Shown here piece after piece: positions 22,151-35,000 of a DNA stretch of 64,000 nucleotides (position 1 is its first letter; each line of letters opens with the position of its first letter). The notes under the pieces are model-generated. The model had not been told where the DNA came from. It did not search any database and saw nothing but the letters and a program-made list of their open reading frames with translations. A program made the translations under genes and the position numbers. Origin of the DNA: Eutreptiella sp. 'Long Island Sound 2002' (taxonomy: Eukaryota > Protista > Euglenida); the NCBI GenBank assembly GCA_964036045.1, contig OZ038378.1, positions 157,542,001 through 157,606,000 of the forward strand, written 5' to 3'.

Positions 22151-25100
22151 TCAGAATGCGAAGGTACAAAATTCAGATGGTGCGGCACATTGTTCTGGGG
22201 GGGAGGTCTTCAACCGTATTAGGGCTCCCGTTGCGAAGCCACGTGATCCACCAGGGACACGCACCTCGCCGCGATACACCCGTCTCATGCTTCAGCATGA
22301 CATGACCGCAGCAACTGCACAGTCGTAGATAGTTGAGAGGGTTGGGCTGGGGCCTCTGGGTTGGATGCGAGTGCGGCTTGGTGTTGATGGCATAATCAGG
22401 TGGCAAGACACATGCAAGCGTTACGGTATGCGTGCCACCGATACATGTTGCCCAAGGCCGTGTGAATTTCAAGTCACGAGCTTTGAAGGAATTGGTCCCA
22501 ATGAAAAGACTGTCTTGGCCATGCAAGTTAAGAGCAGCATTGTACCCGTTGGGGAGCAAGCCAGAGGAGCAGTGTACAGGACAGGTATGTTTGACGTAAG
22601 GGTGTTCCAATTCTGCCTGACAAATTGCCAACATCCTGAGACTACGTGTCACATTCGGTTGGTGGGCAATTCACTGGTAGCCCTGGCTCGCGACGAGATG
22701 CAAAGAAGAGCAGTCTTCCCTCTGAACAGCCTGCAGTTGCGTAACATCTGTGCACAATCACACACCTGCAGAGTGCATGGTCATGCTCGTTCAATTGTAT
22801 GACTGTCTCAGGACATCAGCATGCAGAACTTATATTTCTGTTCAGGCAACAAGCAAGTCAGTAACATATTCTTTCACGTGATGTACCATTCCCAGCCTCA
22901 GGTTGTAAAATCCAATTTTCAGGCTATGAAAAGAGAGGTATTAGCAAGTACACACTTTCAGTGGCCTGGCCAGCCAGATACAGGTGCAAACAAGTAAAGA
23001 TTTTATGCTGGTGCGTGTACTGTTTGGGGACCTGTTGTCTGGGAATGGTGCTGAATATTTTCACGTATTTTCTGGTATCGGTATGCTAACCCAGGGGGTA
23101 ATTAATGATGCTGTTGCTGTTTACAGGTGTTCGCAATTAGGACATCTTTTCTGTGTTGATCAAAGCAATCCCCTCATTGCCCTACCACAGCATTGGTCGT
23201 GCCCAATTCTCACATACCAATACATAGGCGAACAGCTGTTTCTCAAGGTACACATTTGAGCAATATTTGTGCATTAATTGTGATGCCCCCTGGCCCATTG
23301 AGTGCTTTTTCAGGAGTTCTTCAACACCCCAGTCTTCTGCACCCTTGAAGTAACTCCAATGCAGCAATGAATTGAGACGGGTCAAGCTCGCACAAGATGG
23401 CGACATTGAGGATTGTTCTCAGATTGTTGCATCTTGGTGATATGGGGGTCTGTTCTCTGTCAATCATGATTGACAAACAATTTCTTGGAAAAGGATTTGG
23501 AAGTGGATAGGAGGTCAAGGGCATGTGTCAGTGGAGTACCTCTATTTTGAGGAGTTATTGGCCCAGAGTGTCGTGAGGAGGAAAAGTGTGAATTCCTGAG
23601 GCAAAATGTTCCTTGAATTGTCCTGATTTTGGCCTAAAGCCCTTTGACTGCCCCTTTTAAGGGGGGGGGCTTGGCAATTTATCAATTCTGAGCCCCAGCC
23701 TAAGGGGCCTGATGGGAAAAGCATTTATGGGTGCTCGTGCAGGTTCTTGCCTTTTTTTGGGTTCAGCACCAGTAGGGCTGGTAATGGGAAACAAACAGGT
23801 AAACAGGTGCTGCACAGTAACGATTATGAATGCTTATTGCATTCTTTTTTTGGTTTGTGCTGCATGTGCTGTGTTTGCATGTTTTCCGTGCATGCATGAT
23901 AAGTTTGAATGTTCTGCCAATGATTGTTACTCTACATTTGCATTCTGCACATCATTTGCATCATTCAAAAAGACTGAAGCACCACCACCAACTCGTCTGA
24001 AACACTGAACAAATTTCATACTAGAGTTCAGCTTGTCTTGGTCTGAGCCAAAAAAAAATCATACGAGAGTGGGTGGAATCAAGGCAGGATGAATACAAAT
24101 GCACCAAGCCAATAGACGACAATGCAACATCAGAGCCCAGTGAAGCAAAAAAGAAAACCAATGAAAAAATTGCCCAACCCCCTGGCTCTAAAATTCTACG
24201 CTTCAAACTACTCTTTGGAATTCTGTGTACCAAGGATTTTGTGGGTTGATGAAATAAAGAATATTTCAAATTGGTGCTTTATTTCAGCATTTGCTGACCA
24301 AAATGCCTCATGCACGGCAGTCTGCAAGAGCCATACTTTTTTGTTTTTTCATTTTTGCACTCTTTTGCAAACTTTACACGAATTTCTCATGGCGAACCTC
24401 AGTAAAACTCTCATCTTTTGTAGAACACATAAACCTTCACTTAGAAGTCTTCTGACAACAAGTGACCCCCCCCACCCCCCCATGGTTTTGTTGGAATACC
24501 ACTCAGTGGTTGCCTACACTTTCTTATTCGAAACTCATTGAGATTGAGATTTGTTCTGACCCCCAGCCTAAGGGGCCTGATGGGAAAAGCATTTATGGGT
24601 GCTTACCCACCTGTTATTACAAGGAAGGGGCGAGGGAGTTGACGGGGACAGAGGCTGGAGAGGCATGGGGTAGGTGGACCGGCGGCAGTGGGTGATCACT
24701 GACTGGGATAACGAGGGTGCCTGGGGACCCCATGGGGGCGGTGGCCAAACCACGACCTGTCCGCCTGTTCACGAAGGTCCTAGAGATCGGTCCCCGGGCT
24801 TACCCATTGCAGAAAATTGAGGGCCGGGAGGCCGGGGGCCCTGAAAATGAAGAGGAGTGAGGGGGGCAGGATGCGCATGGCTGTTGGCACCTGCCCTCGG
24901 CCTGCGGCATGCTGTTGCCTGGAGTTATTCCCTCCTCCGCCTCCTTCTGTGTCTTCCAATGGGGGTCTGTTCCCGGTGCCATGGAAAGAGAACCCCATTG
25001 AGCGCGGCTACAAAGCGGCCGTAATCCTCACCTCCCCTGCACACCGACACTGGTGGCACACTGTTGGCACATTGGTCACACATTGGTGAGACGGTGATGG

Positions 25101-26417
25101 CGCATTCATGCCAGTTTGTATAATAATGAGCGGGGCTTCTGATCCCTAAAGTGGGTGCGTGATAAGCGCTTGGCCGATGTGAAACAAGAAATGAACCGTA
25201 CCGCATGTCTCCTCCATTGCAAACGACTTCTTGAGGGAACTAATATTGACAACCGATGACAACACTACATGCGACATTACACGTTTTGGTGTTGTGTACT
25301 ACATTTGATTTTTGTGGAATGACAAATGGGAGAGGGCATCACAATGGCAGGTTGGTTGCAAGCATCCATCAAAGAAGATAGGAGAGGGACTTCTATAGAC
25401 CGATTGCACACCCAATGGCGCAACAACCTTTTGTTTACCACATTTTTGACCCTGTTCCATTATTCCCCCCCCAAGATTCATCATTTTCTGCTAGTGCCGT
25501 TTGTGTACAATCATCCATCAAAGCAACAAACTGGTTGCTGCCTGTCAGCACACCCCTAGAATCCTAGGAGAGGACCCTACTGTGGTGCCAATTGCACACC
25601 CAACATCACAACAATGTGGGGGTGTCCCCATTTTTCAACAATTGGCCTCACGCCCCCCCCCCCCCCAACTCCCCTTGTTTCCCCAATTTCCCCCATTTAC
25701 CCCCATTGTCCCCAATTCCCCTCTGCTTCTTGTTGGTCAGTATTTTTTGGTACCTTACTCGCATTGATGCCCGGCGCGCGCCCGGCGCGCTAACGCTCCC
25801 CCAACGTTATTTTCATTACTCTGCCCGTCAACCCGTCAAAACACTTGTTGACGGGCGTTTATAGCTTCCCTGGCAGCCTTGAATTAAATGCTGGCCAGGT
25901 CGCTGGCCAAATGGCAAATTTACGCGTATATGCGTAAATTTTGCGAAAACGGCCACTTTTTGGGCCACCGCGGTGTTTGCAGGTGTAAATTCGGTGTAAA
26001 TTGGTGTATATTGCTATGTTTGCACTATTTCATGATGCAATTGACCTTCTTTGTCTTGCAAGTTGCGTGCTTTTTGTCATTTCGTTCACATACTTGCCAT
26101 TCTTACATGGTTGTCAAGGCAAGTTTCGCGCGTGTGGTGGGGTAGGGTAATCTATGCATAGGAGAATGGTTGGTGACAGGGGTGGCCTCCTCCCGAAACT
26201 TGGTGGCATAACAACGTTGGTATCAACGGGTGGGGTGGGGTAATGAAAAATGTATGGAAAGAAGAGAATAATAATTATAGAGTAGAAAAACATCAGTGCT
26301 AGGGGTAGCCTCCTCCCCACACTTGGGGGCACAACAAGGTTGTCCTTCCTTCCCCTGCGCTGTCATTGCACCCCGCCCCCCTTTCTTTTGATTAGTCTTG
26401 ACATGGGTTCTGACATA

Positions 26418-27139
26418 CCCCCCCCCTCCCTTGTCGTTCCCCACCCCTTGTCGTTCCCCAGGGGGGGGTGGGGGACCGTCACTTGGTCAACCCAAAATTT
26501 TTCGATGCGGCTCATTGTGTTGTTGTGTGGGTGACTGTGTTGTGGGGCACTTGTATCCCTTGCACTCATGGCGGGACATTTTGCTTACTTTCGCTGAAAT
26601 GGAACTTGACAGCACAACCATGCTTCCCCCTGGGACAAATGTGACGGATGATGATAGTGACCTGCATTCTGACACGGAGATTGTGTGGGTGAAGAGTGCC
26701 CGTGGTGTATGGGGTATGGGACACAGTTTTGGGAACAAGTTGTATTTTACAAGGGACATTCCCGAAGGGAAATGGGTTCCCAACAATCTGCTTGCGCTTG
26801 CCAACCCTCCTACCAAGAAGGCAAAACCACCACCCAAGAGTGCTGCCCAAAGCATTCCAGTGGAAAGTGGAGAGCATGTGGGTGAAGTGGAGCAGGACCA
26901 AGAAATTTTACACCGAGCCGGCCAAGGAGTAGGTCTTCGTACATTGGCAGCCCTTTGACGGTATCTTATGCTGAATTCTTTCGTTTTATGCTGCAATTTC
27001 TGTGCCTACAAATGTGCGTGTACGGTGGTAGTGCGGTCCCCCAGGGGGGGGTGGGGGACCGTCACTTGGTGACCGTCCCTCAGGGGGTGGTGGGGGACCG
27101 TCTTCCCTGGGGTGGGGAACGACAAGGGGGGGGGGAGGG
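26418..27139. mobile_element. 722-bp TIR element with TA target duplication, carrying an internal ORF fragment (~26590-26958)
   Basis: ccc..ctcccttgtcgttccccacccc at the left is inverted at the right (ggggtggggaacgacaaggg..gaggg); TA on both sides (26416-17, 27140-41); subterminal gggggaccgtcacttgg repeats. Confidence 0.6.
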
Positions 27140-27344
27140 TATGGGTGCGGCCACTTGGCCCCATTGCGCCCCAAGATGTCGCTTGGTTGCAACGCCATGC
27201 GGACCATCCCAAAATAGCGCTTTGTGCTGATTCGGAGTATGAGGTGGCGTAAGGTCTGTCACCAAGGCAGCGTGTGTTGTGTATGTGCCACGTATGAACC
27301 GGCCGGCGGGGCTGGCAGCGATCTACCTACTGAACCTGGCGAGA

Positions 27345-27378
27345 CACAAGCACAAGCACAAGCACAAGCACAAGCCCC
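27345..27378. repeat. (CACAAG)n microsatellite
   Basis: Directly visible. Confidence 0.9.
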
Positions 27379-28121
27379 ATTTTCCCCCATTCCCCCCCTT
27401 TTCCCCACCATTTCCGCCCACTTTCCCCCATTCCCGCCCCCCCCCCCCATTTCCCCCCATTTCCCCCACTTTTCTAGACTCCAAAATCCGGGTTTGGTGA
27501 GTTGGTGAGTCCGGTGGCGGTGGCCGCGGATGCCTGGTGCACCCTACCCCTACCCCCAGACCTATGCATTGCACCAAGCTGAGTCCAGGCCCACCAGCCT
27601 CCCCTCCGTGGGTATTTGCCTCCATGTCTGGCTTCGTACACCTTGTATCCGTATTCATACCGGCAGTTGGGGACCCGCTCCCATGTGTGGTATGGGGGGA
27701 GCCGGATGCACCGTGCACCTGGTTTATTTAGATAATTTACCTGATGCCATTGTTTTGCTTTGTTGTTGCCCCGTGAGGTGCTGTGTTGCTGAGCTCGTTC
27801 CCCATTTCAACCCAAAGGCCCTGAGGACTGTACCATCAGAGGAGGCAGACAAAATGGATGTGGACAAATTTGTGGTGATACGCCTGTGTTGATCCATGTG
27901 CACCCGCGCCCACATGGTATGAGCTTTGTACGGCTGAGGGCCTGGTAGGCACACTATGTCCAGCGTGCGCTGCAGTGGATGGCGAACCCAGCGCACAAAA
28001 CTACACACTCATCCTTCAGGGTTTTGGTGGCATTTCTACCCAATCAGCGCTGGCACAATCTTTTTCTCTGGCGAGGCTGACCTGATGCAAGACGCAACAG
28101 CTTAGTCGGTGTGAGGGAAGC

Positions 28122-28902
28122 ATGGGAAGCTCACTTGGCGACCTGGCGGCGGGTGCCATCCTCGTATGCATTGGCCTACCTGTGTTGTTTATGGGGCAAG
28201 ACATGTATGAGTCAGTAATGCTCATCAACGGGTTCATCACTGCAGACTTTGCGGCGCTGATGCTCAGGGTCCAGATTGTGGGGCATTTCTACCCCCATCT
28301 GCTGTCCGAAATGTTCTCCTTTGTCATAGCGGCCATCAGCATCACCGCCATCACAATTCAGAACCCAAAATACGGGGCCCGACTACAGGGCGCCTGCATC
28401 TTCAGGCAGCTCGCTATCCAATTCGAGATGCCCCTGACGCTGTGGATCATTGGGCTCGCCGGGTGTACAGGGATCGACCCGGCATTCAAAACCGAGCAGT
28501 TCATTTTGGGCCGGCCTTTGGATTGTGGCGAAGCGGACGGTTGGGTCCGGCTCGCGTACCTGGCGGTCTTTGCCATCGACAGTGCGTTCACGATGCTCGG
28601 GGCCTTCGTTGCAGGGCGGTTGGCCCTGTGGATGACGATCTTCAATGGGGCCTCCATCGGCGCCAACATGGTCGCCCATGGTCTGTTCAGCTTCATTCTG
28701 CACGGCGTACAAGACAAGACAGCCAAGGGGGAGCAGTCCCTCAACGACTACCAGCGCATCGCCTATTTCAGTCTCACAATTGCCGGGTTTGTGTTCCAAG
28801 CGGTTGTTCGCACGTACCGCCAATCTCAAGAGAAGACTGAAGCAGAGGCCACGGCAGACATGTCGAAGTGCGATGACGTGAAGCCTCGCTCGACCATACA
28901 GT
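28122..28902 (+). CDS. DUF4203/TMEM198-like multi-pass membrane protein (large exon; true 3' end uncertain, a downstream exon near 29244 is possible)
   Basis: GAILVCIGLPVLFMG..MLINGF at the N-terminus, TIFNGASIGANMVAHGL in the middle, LTIAGFVFQ at the C-terminus, as in DUF4203; 6-7 hydrophobic segments; beyond ~28900 the ORF runs into repeat-like sequence. Confidence 0.7.
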
Positions 28903-31577
28903 GGGTTGGCCAGCCTGTTCACACCTTTTATGAGGTACACCCGAAACATGGGAATCCAGTCTCAGTCAAGCCAATGACCCCCGACCCCCTCCCCCCGCCC
29001 CTGCCGTTTGGCTCCTTAATTTGTTGGTGCCACGACCCGCCACCATGGAGAAACAGAAGGCCAGAGTATTGGAGAAGAGACACCAGGGAAGTGTCCGCGG
29101 ATACCAGGGAAGTGTCCGGGGAGGGGCAGAGCTCCACTTCAGATGGGGGTGGGTGGGTGGGTGGGTGGGTTGGGTGATTGGGTCAAAGGGGAAGGTGTGG
29201 GGCGGGGGCGGGGGCTGCCCCCACCCCACCCCAATTCGCTCAGGTGGTGTTGAGTTTTGGTTTAAGCCAAAAATGCTCAAGAAACATTCGGCCAAACTCG
29301 ACGTCACAAAAGACGAAGCGCAGAAGGTCTGGCATGGCCTAAGACATCTAAGAAAACTTTGCCCAATCACTTTTCAGGGGTCGGGAGGCTACAACTGGTG
29401 AACAGCGCTATGCCGGTGGTAAGACCTTTTTGTTGGCCAATGTCAGTTGTGGGGTGTAGTGTGGGGAGGGAGCGCGGGGGCGGGGGGTTTGTGGGTGAGA
29501 GTGGAGTGTCTGTCCCACAGCTCACAATTGCAGCTCAATCGCTGCCGCGGTGTCGACCACTGCTTCCTTTGGGTGGGGTGTGGAGCACAGCATATCGCAT
29601 TGTTGAGCCCTGTCTGTTGCATGCATTTGTCACATGATTTGTCACATCACAAACCCACCCATTGACTCTGGGACGAAGTCATGATACGGTTAGGCAAAGG
29701 TGCCCGCAAGGTCTGGGCTGTGTTACTATTGCTGCCAGCAGCAGCGCAGATTGTGTCCCACTTGCTCATGTTGATGTGACAACTGCGAGGTGACCTTGGG
29801 CCCCCCACAGCTGCGCAATGGCCCTTTCAAGAGCCCTTTTCACGCCTATTTGAAACAGCCAGCCCCAACGTCAAAACCACCCACCACCAAAACCCACCAT
29901 ACAAATGCAACAGTTGCAACTGAACATCGCACAACACTGCAGGATGCCTGCTCAATTCGCTCTTTGACCACAGCCCTCGCGGTTGTGAATTATTGTGCCA
30001 AGGAGTATCTCCAGGGATCCTGATAAACATGCCAACACTTAGCGTTTTTCTGGATCGACCCAATTAAAGCAACCCAGGTACTGGGCACTGTGTGCACAAT
30101 GTCCACAATCACCCCTCAACGACAACTATGGCAAAAGCCTTCCAAGCTGTGCGCAGATGCCAGACCCCGCAAAACAGCCCCATTCCCGGTACCGACTGCT
30201 GCATGCTGGTGCTCCTGTTTGGCCAGATGCTGGAGGGGCTCTTCACCCTCCTTCCGGGCTTCGTGGCTCCAGGGGCAGGCAGCTACGTGGCCATGCTTGC
30301 CAGACAGGGAAGTCCAGGAATCGAGCTCCATGTCACAGGGCGCCTCGGCAGTCCCCTCAGGTGCTCAATCGCAACCTCATCCCCCGTCTTCCCTCTCTGT
30401 TCCGCAGAGGGAAGGCCACCCCATCCCCCCCCCCCCCCCACGCAGGAGAATGTCAGCAAAGGGTGGTCAGAGGCACCCCAATGCACGCCACGGGGGGGGG
30501 GGGGGGCGACTCCTCGGTTCTAGACGCCAACTACCCCTCTAACTAACTGTTGGCCGGAGGCCCCCAGGGGGGAGGGGGGCATCTGTACCCGATGATACGT
30601 CATTCTGCCAGGATTTAGTTCATAGGACTTAGATGCAGTGGACTCGCTTTGCATATTCTGCACCTGCTTATCTACTGCAGCGAAAGGTGCCTATGACATG
30701 TCACTGAAGAGCTTTTCTCTTTGACTTTTGCTTTGCACTTCTGCTTTGTGCCTGACGGTACCGGTCGTGCACACGCATCCGTATCCCATAGCGGGGGGGG
30801 GGGAGCATTGGAGGGGGGTTCAGGGAGGGGCAATGAGGGGGGTCTAGGAGGGGCTGGGGGGGGGGGGGTGCTCCGGGAGGGTCTGTTGGGGGGGGGTCCA
30901 AGTGGGGCGATCTGGTTGGGGGGGGGGGCAGGCTCCCCTTACCTCCCCTTGCCCTCCCTCTACCCATACCATCACCATGAACCTAGGACCCGCGGAGTCA
31001 CCCCCCCCCCCCCCGTGATGCACGCATCCCTGCAAGCAGCGCAGCCATTAGAACCTCCCCAACTGCTAGATTCCCCAATGCACTGGCCCGTTAAAGCCTA
31101 CATTTTTGAGATCCTTGACCTCAAAATAGGATGGCTGACGGGGAACCCCAAACAACCTCAGCCCACAAGGCCTTGAAATAAAGAAAGCCCCACTCGGTAA
31201 CATTACAGGCGGTGGCAAATGATGTACCGGCCAAGACAAGGACAAAATAAAGATCGCCACTTCGCTATGCCAATCTGGGTGTTCGAAATAAAGCTTTTCA
31301 AGGGCTTTTCGAACATCACCCTTAAAGTCACGGGGTCCATTTTTCTGGAACAGACCGACCGTCACCGAGAGATTCAGGAGCAGCATTCAACAACAGCAGC
31401 ATCGTGGAAAATCATGCAGGGACATCAATGTCAAACATATGCTCACGCCTGCAAGCTGGACACACAAGCTGCTTTTGTACCTGCCGGTGATGAATTGCAG
31501 AAATTGGGGTCCAACATCACAAGTGTTTCTGCTTCTTATCAGCAGCCAGCAGCCAGCAGCCCGTCCCTCTCCCTCAG

Positions 31578-33632
31578 GCCCTCAAGTCAAAGTTGGTCAT
31601 CACTACTTGTCTCATCGCCGGTGCAGAGATCGTACGGCTGTTGGTGGACGCAAAGGCGGGGAAGCACCCCATGACCAAGTCCCGTCTCGCAGTCGAAGTG
31701 GCCTCCCGCCTCCAATTCCGAGGCAGCCTTGGCTGGGCCATTGCGAGGACGCTTGCGCTGTTGGGGCTCTCTGACCGGCCGGTGGAGGTCATTCGGACTG
31801 GCCTCCGGGGCTGGGGGTGCGGCTTCGGAGCCAAAGGGCAGTCGGACGGCCACGGGAGGCTGTGGCAACACACAGCGAGCGCTGGCGCGCCCGGGGCCGA
31901 GGGGGGGAAGCGAGCGGGAGGGTCTGTCGACGGCCGGGCGGGGGGTATCCAGAGGGACAGGCTGGAGGAGGCGCAGGAGGAGGAGGGAGACACCGAGGCC
32001 CCGGCGACAGCGAAGCCGCCGCCACCCCAGCCCGGACCCAAACTCCCCGGCCCCCCAGACGTCGCGGCCCTGAAAACGATTGCGGAGTCGGTGCAGGACC
32101 TCGCGCAACGGCCGGGGGCCGCCCGGCTGCAGGTGGTGCACCGGCAGCTGACCGCGGCACTCGGCCATGCGGTCCCGGCTCCGGACTGGCAGCACGTCCA
32201 GAACGAGCTCCGCAAGTTGCAGAGCAAGTTGCTCCAGCGGACCTGCAGGCTGGCCTCGCGGTGCACCGCCATGCTGTTCGGCCTGAAGTGCCGGACGGCC
32301 GAGCGCCTTCTGGTCCAGGCTCTGGATCCTAACGAGATCATCGACACGGAGCTGATCGCCCGGGGCCTCCCCATCTCCCGCGAGTACCAGAGAACGGCGC
32401 TTGCCATAGCTCTGCAGAACCTGCGGGACGCTGCCGAGGATGCCGTCGATAGCCGCAGGGACGAGCTGCAGGCGACCGTTTCGGCTGCTGTGCCTGACCT
32501 CCAGACCGGTGAGCGAGAGCACGTCCTGAGGCAGCTCCAGCAGAGGACTGCCGTCATGGCCCGTTGCCAGCCGGTGGTGGAGGCCATGTCCCACGGCAAG
32601 ATCCCCGGCGAGAAGAGCTGCAGGGCATTGATGAGCGTCCCGGGCATGGACATGGGCTCGTTAAGAGGGCCCCTCGCGAGGCGTCTGAAGGCCATGTTTC
32701 GCTGCGGGGATGCCCGGGAGGTGCAGGGCAGCGGCGGCTCCCCGCGGGCCCACCCCGTACAGCCCCGCGGGACAAGGGGTCGTGGCGTCGTCCTGCCCGT
32801 CCCCGACGCCGAGGTCGAGTACGAAGGCGGCGCCCACAACGAAGACCGGGTGGCGTGCGTGTTGGAGAGGGCCCTGGGGGCGGCCACGGAGGTGACCAAA
32901 ACGGTCCTGGTGCAAACTTGCCGGTTGACCAGTGAACAATCGGCGCGGCTTGTGAGGAAGATGACCCCCGCGCAAATTGCGGGGGTCGGGGAGACGGCCG
33001 CGGTGGATGGCGCGGTTGTCAAAAGCATTGCCCTGTCCTTGGGACTGGACATCGACTTTGCTGCGATGGAGGAGCGGTTGCATGCGGCGTACAGCTTCTT
33101 GGCGAAAGCGAAGCTCCAGGACTTGTACCCTTTGGACGCGGAGGAGGCGGAGGCGGTGGTCAACTCTCTTTCGCGAGATCAGACGGAGAAGTTGACGCTG
33201 GCGCCCCTCAGGGAGATCCCCGATATCCCAGAGTTGGACGCACTCATCGAAAGAGCGCAGGGGCGAGGAAGCAGGGAGGGTACCAGAGACGCTGAACTGA
33301 GAGCAAAAGACGCGGAGATCTGGGCGCTGAGCACCGAGAATCGTGCGCTGAATGAGGCTCTCCAACAGAATGAAAAAGCTCTAGAGCAGAAGGAGAAGGC
33401 TCTAGAGCAGAGGGCAAAGGCTCTGGAGCAAGAGGCGAAGGCTCTGGAGCAGAAGGCGAAGGCTCTGGAGCAGAAGGCAAAGGCTTTGGAAGTGCAACAG
33501 AAGGCGGTGGACAAAAGGCAGAAGGTGGTAGAGCAGAAAGAGAAGGCCGTGGGAGACAGCCAGAAGGCACTGGAAGAGAACGACATTATCTCGGGATTTT
33601 GGCAGAAGTTTCTCGATGGCTACCAGTTTTAG
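31578..33632 (+). CDS. Long terminal exon (~684 codons) of an uncharacterised helical protein: ankyrin-like start, C-terminal (K/R)ALEQKxK heptad coiled coil
   Basis: ctccctcag| acceptor in frame; GC3-rich uninterrupted ORF; GAEIVRLLVDAKA resembles an ankyrin repeat; 21-bp tandem repeat encodes ALEQKEK-type heptads; stop TAG. Confidence 0.7.
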   Translation, partial: ALKSKLVITTCLIAGAEIVRLLVDAKAGKHPMTKSRLAVEVASRLQFRGSLGWAIARTLALLGLSDRPVEVIRTGLRGWGCGFGAKGQSDGHGRLWQHTASAGAPGAEGGKRAGGSVDGRAGGIQRDRLEEAQEEEGDTEAPATAKPPPPQPGPKLPGPPDVAALKTIAESVQDLAQRPGAARLQVVHRQLTAALGHAVPAPDWQHVQNELRKLQSKLLQRTCRLASRCTAMLFGLKCRTAERLLVQALDPNEIIDTELIARGLPISREYQRTALAIALQNLRDAAEDAVDSRRDELQATVSAAVPDLQTGEREHVLRQLQQRTAVMARCQPVVEAMSHGKIPGEKSCRALMSVPGMDMGSLRGPLARRLKAMFRCGDAREVQGSGGSPRAHPVQPRGTRGRGVVLPVPDAEVEYEGGAHNEDRVACVLERALGAATEVTKTVLVQTCRLTSEQSARLVRKMTPAQIAGVGETAAVDGAVVKSIALSLGLDIDFAAMEERLHAAYSFLAKAKLQDLYPLDAEEAEAVVNSLSRDQTEKLTLAPLREIPDIPELDALIERAQGRGSREGTRDAELRAKDAEIWALSTENRALNEALQQNEKALEQKEKALEQRAKALEQEAKALEQKAKALEQKAKALEVQQKAVDKRQKVVEQKEKAVGDSQKALEENDIISGFWQKFLDGYQF

Positions 33633-33682
33633 ACCTTTGGCGGAAGTGGAATGCTTCCTTCTCACGCTTTGTTTTTACGTCT

Positions 33683-35000
33683 AGCTCCCTACAGATAATA
33701 ATACATATTAACAGAAAACCAAAAAGAAAGGATGAACGAATATATTAACACGGGGGCGGCCGGGCCCGGTCCTCGTATGCGACACCCCCCAGCCCCCCGG
33801 GTTTTGAGAGATAGTGGGCTGGGGGGCCTGGCGCCAACGGCGCCCCCCCCTTTTTTTTGTTAATGCTTCTTTTTCATCAAGCCACCAGTGCTTTTGAGCG
33901 CCAGATTAGCAAGACGAGGCGCTATACAAGTACACATCCCCCCTGGAGGTATGCATGTGGTAGCAGTGGGTCGCGTGCACCCCCCCCCCCACCTTGAGAA
34001 CCCCCCCCCGCGGCCGACCCCCCCATACACCCTCCAGCCGACCCCTCCCAAACTAACCCCCCAGCCCCCCCCCCCCCCACCTTGGGGACCCCCCCCCGCG
34101 GCCGACCCCCCCCCCAATACACCCTCCAGCCGACCCCCCCCAAACTACCCTCCAGCCCCCCCCCCCCCCACCTTGGGGACCCCCTCCCGCGCCCCCCCCC
34201 CATACACCCTCCAGCCGACCCCCCCCAAACTGCCCCCCCCGCCCCCCCCAGTTTTGACAGATACCCCCCCCCCCCCCACCCTTGCGCAAGCACAGCCTTG
34301 TCTAAGCACCAGGACCTGGTCTGACCGTCACTTTTGCCGAATTTTCTGACCACGGCTTTTTACGGCCAGAAAGTAGGCAAAGTGTAATTGTGTGCCGATT
34401 GTAGAGGGAAAGAGGGGCTGTTTCATGCTTTTGATGAGTCCTCCTGCTCATAACAACATTCTGCTTGGGTCTCAGGCATGTGACAAGCAACAGGTGAGCA
34501 AAAAAATGCATACTGAGATGGAGGAACTCTTTGCTTCATGGGTGATTGAAAAGACCAAAAACCTGAAGGACACCAAGCAAATTCCTCACCCTTCACATGC
34601 ACAATTCACAAGCTCCTGATGCCCCTGATGAGCAGTGAGGACCTCCAGAACTTGCTGAAATTTGCCTACACATTGTGTTCTGTTGTGACCATTGTGCTTA
34701 GGGTGAGGTATGGGCAGGTTTTCGGAACATGCGTTCTTTTGGTACTGCGCGTCCCGCGGTGCTGCGCGTCCCGCGGTTGCACCGCCTTGTCTAAGCACCA
34801 GGACCCGGTCTGACCGTCACTTTCCTAACCTGGCTGGTGCTTGCGCAGGGGGGGGGGGGGGGTAGCTGGGGGGGTGTCGCATCAGGACCGCTGGTAGTCG
34901 CCCCCCCCCCCCCCCGTGGCCCCCTACAGATGATAATACATAGTAACAGAAAACCAAAAAGAAATGATGAACGAATATCTTAATAGCAAGAGTGACACCC
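33683..35000. repeat. Modular repeat cluster: paired ~65-bp direct repeats (33686, 34922) and ~42-bp direct repeats (34290, 34783)
   Basis: cctacagat.ataatacata.taacagaaaaccaaaaagaaa.gatgaacgaatat twice; gccttgtctaagcaccaggacc.ggtctgaccgtcacttt twice. Confidence 0.8.
33960..34280. repeat. C-rich ~85-bp tandem repeat
   Basis: About three copies of ccttg(a/g)gga(a/c)ccccc..cgcggccgacccccccatacaccctccagccgaccccccaaact. Confidence 0.9.

Noticed and set aside
22300-25200. Identifiable LINE reverse transcriptase
   Set aside because: Looks like decayed coding DNA, but no RT (YADD/YxDD) or endonuclease motif could be read; left unannotated
31574-33586. Minus-strand ORFs of 529, 335 and 234 aa
   Set aside because: Antisense shadows of the GC-rich plus-strand exon
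34620-34680. Hammerhead ribozyme (CTGATGA..GAAA)
   Set aside because: Stem II closing pair and stems I/III could not be formed
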